DNA of 64,000 bases from Octopus vulgaris (GCA_951406725.2 OX597814.1:200446001-200510000), one strand, 5' to 3'; shown: positions 25,071-37,530, numbered from the stretch's first letter. Numbers and translations: made by a program. Notes: generated by a model from the sequence alone, not told the origin.

Positions 25071-25854
25071 TTTTATATCATATAATGTTGAATTAATAAG
25101 TGCACTGTGACAGAAGGGCCATGAAGTTTGCTCTGCAACCATGAGGTCCTTGGTCAAATAACATAATTATAGCATCTTGGGCAAATGTCATTCTCAATAG
25201 TATTGGAACAATTCATACCTTGTGAGCAAAATTTGGTAGACATCAACTATATAATACTTGTTGGGATGTGTTGTACGTATAACACAAAAAGGTACTGCTT
25301 TGTCATGCAGTGTATCATGTTGATTCAATCTGAGTATTACATTAAGAGTACACTCGTCACTAGAATGCTCTTCAACCACTTGCATATTAATTCAGAAGCA
25401 GGTAAGTCAATTGATCAAATAACTGAATCCTTATTGTCAAACTATGCAGATCCACCAGTGTTCAACAGGTGTTTATCTTTCTCCTTGAGATGGTCCTGCC
25501 TTATAATAACACAAAGACTATTTATATTTTATCACTAGGGAAAAGACAAAATTTGCAATTTTCAAATTATAATTGGTTCAGAATAGAAACAGCAGATCTT
25601 AACAGCTAGATATCATTAAATAAAGGAGAATGTGCATTTCATGTACTATTGAAATAGGTATAGTAAATTACTTGACCTCACATCCCTAACTGGTTATTTA
25701 TGACAAGTCAGACAATTATATTTTGGCAATTTCCATATCATCAACAGGTCAGCCATTCAACATTGTACATTCTGTATAAACAGCACAAGTCTAAGCAGTA
25801 AAGTTCAGCTGAAAAATAACACATATTAGCAAAACTGATTTTTAGGCACTTTAA

Positions 25855-25996
25855 CCTTTTGAACCTGCTTGCTAATTGGCAGAAACAGTTATTTTCAACC
25901 ATAAACACAGAACCATGTGGCCACTAATTTTGGGCTTTTCAGGGATATAATTAAATGAAATAATGTTCTCTAAAGTATATACAGAGGTTCAAAGGG
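25855..25996. mobile_element. piggyBac-type MITE
   Basis: TTAA|ccttttgaacct ... aggttcaaaggg|TTAA (15/16 inverted match including TTAA). Confidence 0.7.
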
Positions 25997-28192
25997 TTAA
26001 GCAGAAAGGCAGCAATAATGAAATATAAAAGCTATAAAGTAGGTGTCACTTAATAGATGATGGCCTCCTGGCTTCAGAAGAAGGGGAAAATCAGGGTTGT
26101 AATGTTTGTATATTTTCTAAGAATAATTTTGGAGTTCAAGTAAATAATTGAATAAATTGTTGGAAAACTGGTCATGTTTAGTAAGTATGCTTTGGAACAT
26201 CAAAGGCTTGAGTTCTCTCCCACTGTGTGGTACCTTGGACAAGTATCTTAGGTCAACCAATACATTGTTAGCAAAATGTCATAAACAGCAACTGGCTATA
26301 AGCCAATGGATATGAGTGTGTGTTGAGCGGCAAATAATTACATGCTGCAAAAATACATTGCAGTGTGCAGTTTTATGAGGTGTTATCTCTCCTTATGTCT
26401 GGTTGACTTTGCCTTTTAAACCCTTCCTAGGTATACAAAGTAAATATGAGATAAAGCATTAAGGTTGATAGAGTCAACAAAACCTTTGCAGGTGGTGCCC
26501 CGACATGGCTTTAGTCTAATGATTAAAGTTAGGAAAAAGGAAAGTAAAAGTAAATTAAAACTAGAAATTTATACAAAACTATGCAGATAAATCACGAGAA
26601 GCCTACCTATATCTGGACATCCTAACCTTAAGTACTTGCCAGATGGAGTAAATCACCCTCCTCTCTTGCTCTTCTTATTTTCTTAGAATAAATTACAAAG
26701 AAAATATTCAGGGTTGCCACCTATTTGCAAATCAAATTGTATCTGCTACATTTCAAAGCAGTGAGCATTAAAAAGTTATTTATAAACAATTATGTAGAAA
26801 GGAAAAGTCATTTTTAGTCAAGTAGGTGCAAGAGACAACAAAGAACATATTTTGGTGTTATTGATCTCTTCATTAAATCATAGCATTCACTGTACTAGCC
26901 AAAAAAGTGATGAGAGAATGTCAAAGTAAATATAAAATATTGACCATGTATAAGTGAGAAAATGTCTTAGTTATATACAATATCATTTATGAGTAAGTGT
27001 GAAAATAAATTTTGTAGAGAATATATTATTGAATGAAATTACTCATATTTATTCTGTTAGGGGAGAAACAGAACAAACATATTTCTATCAGAGAAACAGT
27101 TCTAAATCATGATATTAATTCTTAAATCTTGACATTTAGGGTAACAGAACAGCCCCAGAAGGGACATATATTTTTGTCATGGAAATTGTTGCTGGTCATA
27201 GCATTTTAAATCAGGATATTAATAACAGGGTGTAGGACAGATGAATAGCCTTGGAAAGGATGTTAATAACTCAAAGCTCTCATTTTATGAGCTGTTATTA
27301 AAATGAAATATCTAAACTGATTTTATGCTGTAGCAGAACTATGTATGTTAATCCTGACTTAACTATTAATTAAATGTTTTGCTCTCTGAACAATCATAAC
27401 TATTTAGATTCTAAATAACTGGTTATTCTTTTCCGATGCAGGTTTGCTTGTTAAATTATTTTGATGTGTTCCTCTGAGTAATATACTCTACTGAATACTA
27501 AGTATGTCAGAATTTACACATTAATAAAAGCAGTTACAGAAGTTTGGTAAAGTTAAAGTGAATTTGATGGTAAATCAATAAATACATGCACTGTTTAAGT
27601 TAACTACTAAAAAGCTCTCTTCCTTCACATGAAGAAAAGACAACGACCAGATACTTAATCATTAATTGATGCACACACAGAGTGTTTGCAAACAGGGTGA
27701 CGACAATATGCTTCATAAACATATATTAAACTTCTCTATCAAAACAGACCCCATGATCAAACGGGGTGAGGTGTGAATCAACTAGTTTCAGCTGTCATTA
27801 AAGCTGCTGAGAATAATAATACTGCATATCTGAAATGTAAATAAGATCATAGTGAAGTTGATTGCATTTACATAGCAATGCAATGCTATCCATGTATTTT
27901 AATTAAGTGAGGCACTGAGAGACTGTTGCTACAAATTTAATATCAACAAGCTGTCATGGTCCCCAGCTAGTTAATAGACATGGCAAACTCAACACTGCTA
28001 CATAACTGTAGTCAGGTCTTTTATGTTGCTGTTTATACATTTACAATAAATAGTATCAGTGCTCTCTGCAACAGTTTGCAGCAAGGAAGTCACTTGATTC
28101 TTTGGTGAGACTTGAATGAAAACCCAAACTAGCCAAGTTCAATTTCATTCACAGCTGCTGAAATCCCCATGGTTTTCAGGAATGCCACATTA

Positions 28193-28608
28193 GGCACAGC
28201 TGGGGCTGTGTGGTAGGGAAGTCATCTTGGGTTCAGTCCCACTGCACGGCAACTTGTTCAAGTGTCTTCTATTATAGCCTCAGGCCAACTAAAATCCTTG
28301 TAATGGATTTGGTAGAGAGAGAGAAACTGAAAGAAGCCCAATATATATGTATGTGTGTGTGCGCGCATGCGTGTACCCTGTTTGGACATTGTGATGGTTA
28401 TAAATGATCATTATCATCATACAAGCAAGGTTGTTCGTTTCCAGTTTACTGTGTAAAGCATGTGTAGCTATGAAGCAATGGGGAAATATTACCTTGTTTG
28501 GAAAGAGATAAGGGTTGGCAACTGGAAGGGCATCCAGCCACACAAAAATCTGCTTCAATAAATTCCAAATAACCCATGTAAGCATGGAAAAATGGATGAT
28601 AAATGATG
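28193..28608 (+). mobile_element. Family-A SINE head with RTE-type 3' tail
   Basis: gggttcagtcccactgc...gtgtcttctattatagcc...(TG)n...ggaagggcatccagcc...cccatgtaagcatggaaaaatggatgataaatgatg. Related bodies lie at 35083-35480 (-), 46250-46501 and 50405-50653. Confidence 0.85.
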
Positions 28609-28634
28609 GTGTGTGTGTGTGTGTATATATATAG

Positions 28635-28819
28635 TTAATCCAAACATGAACAAAGAGCAAACACAACAACGCGAGGACATGGAACAAGTATAGTGTTATT
28701 AGACGCTCAGGAAAAGAAAGAAAGGAGGTGGAATTTAACATTTCGAGTGGAGCTCTTCGTCAGAAACATAGAAAAAGGAAATGTCCAAGGAAGGGAAGAT
28801 GGAGAAAGAAAATCACCAA

Positions 28820-28821
<2 letters not shown>
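28635..28821 (-). mobile_element. Short Penelope pLTR-like repeat with hammerhead motif
   Basis: Similar along its length to 32440-32648; lies between (TA)n tracts. Confidence 0.7.
28733..28767 (-). ncRNA. Minimal type I hammerhead ribozyme motif (decayed)
   Basis: Minus strand reads GTTT-CTGACGA-A-GAG(CTCCA)CTC-GAAA-TGT-T-AAAT. Confidence 0.65.
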
Positions 28822-28859
<38 letters not shown>

Positions 28860-28867
28860 GTATAGAG

Positions 28868-29331
28868 CAAGGGTCACCAAACTACAACCCGCAGGCCAGT
28901 CCGGCCCATGAGGTCATTTCATCTGGTTCACTGTTACACTACCTTTAGTGAGTATCTGCATTGATAGTTCATTCCTGCAGCAATTGTGTTTTAACAAGGT
29001 TGACTTATGAACATTTGAAAGCAATCCTCTTGCTTGGATGCAGCAATTTCAAAGCAAATGATATCTTAAAAGCTAAACACCAGTTTCACAAGTCTCACTA
29101 ACCTTTTTTGCTGCTTAGTTTGTGAGATTCAGATATATGTGCACTGGGTGTGATATAACTATCTTATTGATAATGTCACCTTCTTTGATAACTTTTTGAT
29201 GAATAAATATATTGGTTGTCTTTATTTTTTGTGTATTCACTGTACTGTATTGAACAAAATGATTATGTGGCCCATGCTCATCATTTTCTCAGTTATCTGG
29301 CCCGCAGTGAAAAAAGTTTTGGTGATTCCTG
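28868..29331. mobile_element. hAT (Charlie-like) MITE
   Basis: TIRs caagggtcaccaaact and agttttggtgattcctg; perfect 8-bp TSD GTATAGAG at 28860-28867 and 29332-29339; subterminal ggccc motifs. Confidence 0.9.
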
Positions 29332-29483
29332 GTATAGAGTGTTTGAAGTGGTGAACAGATATTGTATATTGAGAAAAAGGGGGCCATCAGAATTTTGATT
29401 AATTACTGCTTTTGTTTGTTTATGGACTCATAAATGAACAGAAGCACTAATAAGGGATTATCCAAAATTCTGACTGCCTCCTT

Positions 29484-29563
<80 letters not shown>

Positions 29564-29565
29564 CA
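29484..29565. repeat. Compound (TC)n(TA)n(CA)n(TA)n microsatellite
   Basis: Read directly from the sequence. Confidence 0.95.
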
Positions 29566-30499
29566 ATAAGCATGTTTGAAATTGCATTAACAAATTTAAT
29601 CTTTAATAATTAAAAACACTTAAGGTAAATATTAATTATTTTTTAAATTTACAAACACACTACTTCATCAATGATTAACAAACATATTTTTATCAGTGGA
29701 CAGATTTTTCTTTCAAATCAGTATATTAACTTCACCTGCATCTTCTAGATAATATCTAATAAAATTGATCAAGTCAAATGCAGAAAATAAAAACAAAATC
29801 ATAATGTATCTGAAAGACAGAAATGTATGCAATTAAAAAAATTCTGAAATGTTTGTTTTTAAAATTGTTTTTAATTTTATAATTTTCTTTTATAAATTTA
29901 GTTTGTGAATTGAAAAAATGAAATATATATAAAAACTTAAGCTAAGCAAATATTGTATTTCTGATACAGATGTAGTTTTGATAAAGGTGAAACAAGCATT
30001 ATTTTTTTATGAATTTCAGTTTCTTCTTGGTTTATATTATAAAATATTTGTGTGCATGCATGGAGGAAGCATTTTTCGTGTGTATGCAAGCATGCTTGAT
30101 GATGGCCATCCACTCGTGACCAAAGAAAACCATTACTGACCTTTAGGAGCATTGTGGGCACAAGACTACCTAATACTTATACACTTACGGCTCTGTGGGT
30201 GACTAACAAGCCCTGCTTTTGACAAACATAAATAACTGCAAACATTGAAGACCAAGCTTTCCCCATTTGTTACACTAGCTGTGCATTTTCAAGCAGCATG
30301 CTTAAATTCTACATGCATGCATACATACATACATATATATATTTTGCATATGCACATGCGCTAACTTGCTCTCCTTTCTCTTCCAACAAGAGTATTCATG
30401 TATCTACTCTACAGCAAGACACCATCCTTGTCCCTCTATACTTATAAGCTCTCAGTTGACAGAGACACACACCCATTTCATTTCTACTCCCTACCTTGC

Positions 30500-30735
30500 A
30501 GCCAAGGAGTTTTGTTTTGCAAGTTGTTTGGTGACCGTGTTGGTGCTGGTGTCATGTAAAAAGAACCTAGTACACTTTGTAAAGAGGTTGGCATTAAGAA
30601 GGGCATGCAGCTTCAGAAACCGTACCAAAACAGACAATGGAACTTGGTGTGTTTCTTGGCCTTATGAGGTCTTGTCAAACTGTCCAACCCAAGCCAGCAT
30701 GGAAAACAGACGTCAAACGATGATGATAATGATGA
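30500..30735 (+). mobile_element. RTE LINE 3' end
   Basis: ggttggcattaagaagggcatgcagc...ccaacccaagccagcatggaaaacagacgtcaaacgatgatg. Confidence 0.8.
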
Positions 30736-31182
30736 TATATAACAAAGTGCTAAATAATTACTGTATACAAAACCCAAAGTTTCCACTAAATACACTATCT
30801 TTAAGGTAAAGTGTTTGCCATATTAAGAACAAAATATATTCTAGTCTCATCACGAATTACATTATGAATAAATGTTTACATTTTTAAACAAAGTGAAAAT
30901 TGCTATTCCAAACAGTGCACAGTATGGACAGATGTAAAATGTGAAAAGTCAAAACTCAAGTCCACATTACCTCATGGATGAATGGGCGATTTGTTATGAT
31001 TCTAATCATTCAAAAGAAATTACTTGTCTAATTGCATCATTATTCCATTTTATTTTAGATCTTCACACATGAACACCTGATGTCTTACTAATGATTTTAA
31101 CAACTTTAACACATCACAGCTTCTTTAACAGAGATATACTGAGGTGTCAACAGAGGTTTTACATTTTTAATATCTTTCATAC

Positions 31183-31520
31183 CTTTTATCTTGTTTTAAA
31201 CTTGTTTCAATCATTATACTCTGGCCATGCTGGAGTACCACCTTGATGGGTTTTAGTCAAACAAATCAACCCCAGGACTTATGTTTTTAAAGCCTGGTAC
31301 TTATTCTATCAGTCTGTTTTGCTGTGCTGCAAAGTTACAGGAACACGAATGCACCAACACCAGTGGTCAAGCGGTGGCAGATAAACACAGACACAAAAAT
31401 ATTTGATGGGATTCTTCCAGTTTCTGTCTACCAAATCCACTCACAAGGCTTTGTGCCCAAAGTGCCATGCTGTGGGAATGGATCTGGAACCATGTGGTTG
31501 GAAAGCAAGCTTCTTACCAT
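31183..31520 (-). mobile_element. tRNA-SINE family A
   Basis: Reverse complement of the 34528-34945 type. Confidence 0.85.
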
Positions 31521-31553
31521 ACACACACAAATGTGTGTGTGTGTGCGTATATA

Positions 31554-32416
31554 TTGGGTCATCCCATGCATAATGCGGTTTTTCAATTGCATGAGCTAAA
31601 AGCCAGAGGGAGAAGGGAAAAACTACCTGCATCAACTTGCTATAAAAGCAGGCAGTAATTTTACCTTGTACTAATTCTTGTACTTATCCTTAGTGCAAGT
31701 TTTGAAGAGTACAGTTCAATTTTAGCAGTTATTTTTTCAAACCTATCATGGAAGTGATTAGGAGCATATTTGGTATATTTTGCTTTATGGGTTCAATAAA
31801 GGCAACAGTGCAATGGAAACTGCGAGGAATATTAATGCAGTATATGGGGATTGGACAATAAGTGTACGCCAGTGTCAACGGTAGTTCCAGAAATTGCAAG
31901 CTGGAGACTAAAGCCTAGAAGAGAAGCCTCATTCTGGAAGCTCTATAAAGCTCAACGAGGATGTCCTGCAAACCTTAGTGGAATGAAATCTCATCGTAAC
32001 TGTTGCGGAACTAGCAGAGAAGCTTGGATTTGATCATTCAACCGGATAATACTTGGTCACAAACAGCAAGGATGACATTCCAAAGGCTGGAGCAGCTTGA
32101 ATGGGAAACGATGACCCACCACCATATTCACTGGACATTGCTTCATCTGATTATTATTTATTCTGCAGTCTTCAAATTCATTTGGACAGAAAATATATGA
32201 ATTCTGTAGATGAGGTCAGAACAGTACTGGAGGAATATTATTTGTCAAAGACAACTGAATTTCGGAAGAGGGACCTTGCAAGTCTACCAGCTAGATGGAA
32301 GAAAATTGTAGAAAATGAAGGAGAGTGTATTTTAGATTAAAAAAGAATTTTTAAAATCTTTATTTTGATGAATACAAGAAGTATTTAAAAAATGCATTAT
32401 TTCTGGGACGATCCAA
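31554..32416 (+). mobile_element. Internally deleted mariner with both TIRs (same family as 10508)
   Basis: TA|ttgggtcatcccatgcataatgc ... gcattatttctgggacgatccaa|TA; C-terminus PPYSLDIASSDYYLF...LPARWKKIVENEGE. Confidence 0.95.
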
Positions 32417-32439
32417 TATATATATTTTTTCAAAATGTA

Positions 32440-32648
32440 ACCACGTGAATTGTTGGCAATTTTTTTCTTCTGTCTTCCTTTTCTCTTGGACTTTCCTCTG
32501 TCTCCTGTTTCTGAAGAAGAGCTTTGCTCGAAACATAAAACCACCTTTCTTTCCTTCCCTCAGTGTCTGTTAATACTTTGTATGTACTATGTCCTCGTGT
32601 TATTTTTTTTTTTTGCATTTGTTCTTCATTTTTTTGGGATTTACTAAA
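32440..32648 (+). mobile_element. Short Penelope pLTR-like repeat with hammerhead motif
   Basis: Homologous to 28635-28821 in the opposite orientation. Confidence 0.7.
32507..32541 (+). ncRNA. Minimal type I hammerhead ribozyme motif
   Basis: GTTT (stem I)-CTGAAGA-A-GAGC ttt GCTC (stem II)-GAAA-CAT-A-AAAC (stem I'). Confidence 0.7.
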
Positions 32649-32649
32649 T

Positions 32650-33240
32650 ATCATCATCATCGTTTAATGTCCGCTTTCTATGCTGGAATGGGTTGGATGG
32701 TTTGACTGAGGGCTGGTGAGCCAGAAGGCTGCACCAGGCTACAATTTGATCTGGCTAAGTTTGTACAGCTGGATACCCTCCCTAACACCAAAGATTCCAA
32801 GTGTGTAATGGATGCTTTTCACGTTCCGCTAGCACGAGTGCCAGTCAGGTGGTACTGGCATCGACCACGCTCAAACGGTGCTTTTTACATTCCACTAGCA
32901 CAGGAGCTAGTCAAGAGACACTGGCAACGACCACACTCGAATGGTGTTTTTATGTGCCACTGGTACAGGAATCAGTCAGGCAACGACCACACTTGAATGG
33001 TGCTTTTTACATGCCACCGACATGATATATATCATCATCATTTAACGTCCACTTTCCATGCTAGCATGAGTTGGACGATTTGACTGAGGACTGGCGAACC
33101 AGATGGGTGTGCCAGGCTCCAGTCTGATCGGGCAGAGTTCCTACAGCTGGATGCCCTTCCTAATGCCAACCACTCCAAAAGTGTAGTGGGTGCTTTTACG
33201 TACTGACAACGGCCACGCTCAAAATGGTGTTTTATATGTG
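32650..33240 (-). mobile_element. Two head-to-tail RTE LINE 3' ends (32650-33025 and 33030-33240)
   Basis: Each begins (CAT)n-tttaa.gtcc.ctttc.atgct; the first carries about four ~60-bp units. Confidence 0.88.
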
Positions 33241-33379
33241 TGTGTGTGTATATATATATGCATGCAGGTAACTTATATGCAGCTTGTGTGTCAAAGTATG
33301 CTTAAGTGTGTAACACAATGGTATGATATAGTAGTTGTTCCATGCTTTTGCTAATTGCTGTAGGTGCCTACGTAGTCAC

Positions 33380-33600
33380 AAACAGGCACAACACTTTCAC
33401 AGGTCTCCAACCCATTTATTCAGCAAGCTGCACCGGTACTTGACTGGAACTCATTTTCAGCTGAATAGACTGGAACAACATAAAATGAAGTGTCTTGCTC
33501 AAGGATACAATGTACTACCTGGTCCAGGAATGACACCAACAACCTTATGATCAACCTTATGATCAAAAAAACCTAAACACAAAATCAAATACCTTCACTC
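33380..33600 (-). mobile_element. Degenerate family-C-like SINE (similar remnants at 50800-50930 and 51830-51990)
   Basis: actcattttcagctgaatagactggaacaacataaaatgaagtgtcttgctcaaggatacaa. Confidence 0.7.
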
Positions 33601-34527
33601 TCTCTCTCACTCACACACACAACATCATCATCATTCAACATCTTTCTTCCATACTGGCATGGGATGGATGCTTCAACAGTATCTGATGAGTCAAAAGGCT
33701 GTGTCATGCCCCAATATTAACATACGGCCTGGTGTGAGATTTAAAAATACTCATTAGATGTCTTGCAAACAACTTGCACATGCAAGTGCTACTAGTCAAA
33801 AACTCTGCGTACCAGAAGCCAGCAAGTGTATGGGGACATCAGGAGAGAATGCGCGCCATTTCGGGGCCTACCTCTCGACGGCATCAATGCGCACCAGCAC
33901 TCCTGACCGATATGAGGCCCCGCTTGCTAGATCAGCTGGTTATCAAATAAAGCTCAATATACTGTTATTTACTTTCTTGTCAATCATATTGTAATCTTCG
34001 TGAAATGTTGGCAATTACCAATCAACTTGGTTGCAAAGGTTTCTGATGCCAATTTTGAGGAGCTTAGATATGATTTTGAATACTCTTCATAACACTTCAT
34101 AACATTCTATACGTCACTAACAAAAATTGTGCTAATTGCTACCACTTTCAATTACTTGTCCAGTTTATTAGAGAATTACAACTATCACTCCAAGAATTTT
34201 CTTTATTAACCACAATTACAATTTAAAAAAAAAAAAAATTTTTTTTAGAAGAATCAAGATGTTCTCCCCCGTCACACTCACACACATTATTTGTTTCATC
34301 TTGGTTAATTTAGCATCTCCATACTGATGAGCTGCTCATATAAATGGAACGATGCTGCAGTAGTTACACACACTGATAAATATCCTCGTATAACAACAAA
34401 CTGGTTCAACTTTGCTCGGCAAAATATTTTTTATCATTAACTCACAGATTAGTTGATTCCACTCTTCACTTTTATTCAGGTTCAACAGTCTCAGCTGCTC
34501 TGAACTTATTTGTTGTATACATTCATA

Positions 34528-34945
34528 GGTGCAGGATTGGCTGTGTGGTAAGTAGCTTGCTTACCAACCACATGGTTCCGGGTTCAGTCCCACTGTGTAG
34601 CACCTTGGACAAGTGTCTTCTACTATAACCTCAGTGTCTTCTACTATAACCTTGTGAGTGGATTTGGTAAACGGAAACTGAAAGAAGCCCATCGTATATA
34701 TGTATATATATATGTGTGTGTATGTGTGTGTGTGTGTGTGTGTGTTTGTTTGTTCTCCGCCACATTGCTTGACCTGCGATACTTGTGTGTTTACGTCCCC
34801 ATAACTTAGTGGTTTGGCAAAAAGAGTATGATAGAATAAGTACTAGGCTTACAAAGAATAAGTCCTGGGGGTCAATTTGCTCGACTAAAAGGTGGTGCTC
34901 CAGCATGGCCACAGTCAAATGACTGAAACAAGTAAAAGAAAAGAA
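34528..34945 (+). mobile_element. Full-length tRNA-SINE family A
   Basis: tggctgtgtgg A box, gggttcagtccc B-box-like, (TA)(TG) tract, cagcatggccacagtcaaatgactgaaacaagtaaaaga tail. Confidence 0.92.
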
Positions 34946-37312
34946 TCATCAGCCAAAATTGCACTCAGTACATCAAGTTATCCTATTTTGTTTCCTTCCT
35001 TCATCAGACTATTATAAAAATTGGGAGACTTGCTGTATGACATTTTGAGGGATTGAACCCAAGCAAGGTCAGCTAATGATGCCATCATCATCACTGCTTA
35101 AACATCCACTTTTCCATGCTTACATGTGTCAGATGGATTTTGCTGAGGCAGATTTTCTACAGCTGAATACCCTATCTGTTGACAATCATCACTTGTTTTG
35201 GAGCAAGCTTATATTTCCCCTTTGCCAGAACATGGAAGATTGGAAATGAAGACCATTATTTGTATGATGGTGGCACTAATTTACAGCTATCACATGATGT
35301 CAAGACAAGGAGAAATACGTAATTATAGACACACAAATTTGCAGTTTCTAACTACCACATCCACACAAAAGGCTTTGGTCAGCCTGGGTCTATAGAGGAA
35401 AAAATTTGCCCAAAGTGTCATGCAGTGAGACTAATCCTCCAAGCCATGTAATTGAGAAATAGATTTCTCAAGTATACAACGATGTCAACAAAATAAAGAT
35501 TAACAGAGTTATGCAGGGTAATATCATAGGTCCAACCCCCTTTATTATAACCTTTATTGCTCTTTTTTTACTTGGAAACCAAACCAGTGACTTAAACCAT
35601 TTGATGCAATAAAGCTAGTGGTACAATCTTCCTTATTAAGATCATCTTGCAATGAACATCTGCTATATGACCTCAATGTGATTTTATAATGAGTTACATA
35701 AATAAAATTTGATGTACATAAATTTCAACTTTAATACAACCAGTCTTGAAACAAGTGAAATCTACAGATGGGAAGGACCCCATTTACACAAGGAGAATCA
35801 ATACAGCACCTGGAATTGTGAGCAGTGATGCAGCATTCTTCCAGTGATACATAAGAATCTGTTGGCAGTAAATCAGTGTCCCAGCATGGTTATAGCTACA
35901 TGGTTGAAACAAGTAAAAGATTTGAAGGGGAAAAAATCGATATACATGTAATTGATTACAAGTTTTTATGATGTGAAACTCCTGGTTGATAAATTAGAGA
36001 TTCAAAGCTAATCAAAAGCAAGACATCATTTACTGGCTGAACTTAATGGAAAGTATGTACCACTCCTACTTGATGGCTAATATTATGACAGTCATCTTGA
36101 AAAGTTTGCTGCACAAAGTCATGGAAATTATAGAATTTACATAACTACACAGCCTATAATTTTAACATAGAAAATGCTCATAAAATGCTAAAAAAAATAA
36201 ACGTATTATCTCTGTTTTCAATACACATATTTTATGAGCCAAGAAGCTAGTCTATATATGATCATTCACACACACTATTAGAAAAACCATGCAAATTCTT
36301 CCAAAGCACATTCTACTATCTTCAAACAGGAAGAATATATTGGTCAATGTAGTTTCAATATACAAAAGGATGGAATGGTCACAGCAAGAACGCCTTTGAT
36401 CATTGTTCTGCTCAATCAGAAATAACAACAATGTATACATTTTCTAAGAATGCCGGGTATTGAAAACAAGCTGCATGACTGTGATAAGAGGAGTTGTGTT
36501 GTATTATATATCAATCAAATCCATGCCAGTATGGGAAAATGGACATTAAAACTGTGATAACGATGATGATGATTAACATGATTATGAAGTGGGTTCTCAT
36601 GCAGATTGTAATGAAAGACATTGAAGTTCACTACATGAAACTAAACCAAATAATCAATAAAATTGTTTTAGACTTCCACAGATACAGCCAGCTATATTTA
36701 GAGAAACATGGTGAACAAAAATACTAACAATAAGAATCAAAAGCATGAAATGTTCCGACTCTTTTATGATTCGGCATATGGCAGGTCTACCAAGAAGTGT
36801 TTGGTTGTAGCCTATATTAGACGGTTATAGAAATATTCCTAACCATAATTAAGGTGATAGTAGCACTAATTAGATACGTAAAGGTTTTTTCAGGGCAAAT
36901 GTAAGTTGCTCAAAAATGGAATTCTAATAAGCACCAAATGTAACTTCCGAAACCATACCTATTCACTGCTGCTTCTATCTCTCCTTCTTTCATATTAACA
37001 GTGTTAACTACCATGATGATGCAGTTACTGATCTCTCAGAATCACGAACAATCCCATTATTCTGAACAATTTAGAATTGTTTCATCAGAAGTACTTTCTG
37101 AACTTTGACTCAGTGCAAAATGTAATGGGAATGAAAGAATTAATTACATGATATGATATTAATAAATTAAATAAAAGTTCATATTTGCACATGCTCACAA
37201 TTAGTTCACACAAATGATAGAAGGGAAATGGAGAAACGAAAAGTAAAATGAAAAAGGTATGGCTAGTGAGTTTAAGACTGAAATATATTTGACTGTCATT
37301 ATCAACATTTAA

Positions 37313-37530
37313 AGGTGGTAACTTGGCAGACTCGTTAGCATGCTGGACGAAATACTTAGTGGTATTTCACCCATCACTACATTCTGAGTTCAGATTGTGC
37401 TGAAGTTGACCTTATCTTTCATCCTTTTGGAGTCGATAAAATAAATACCATTTGAACACTGGGGTTGATGTAATCAACTCATCCCCACCTCCCCCAAGCT
37501 GCTCTTGAGGCAAAAATCTGAAATAATCAT
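37313..37530 (+). mobile_element. tRNA-SINE family B
   Basis: ttggcagactcgttagc...ttctgagttcaga...tttcatccttttggagtcgataaaataaatacc. Confidence 0.85.

Noticed and set aside
25331-25342. TGAGTATTACAT matches the first 12 nt of miR-12 as I recall it
   Set aside because: The following bases diverge and no clean pre-miRNA hairpin forms; a match of this length is plausible by chance in AT-rich DNA.
27788-27798. TCAGCTGTCAT resembles the 5' end of miR-1989 as I recall it
   Set aside because: Only 11 nt match and there is no precursor hairpin.
33683-33700. CTGATGAGTCAAAAGGC (and CTGATGAGC at about 34324)
   Set aside because: No GAAA follows the putative stem II in either case.
37012-37065. ATGATGA...CTGA box C/D snoRNA-like spacing
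   Set aside because: It is too short, has no terminal stem, and ATGATGA is ubiquitous in this window.
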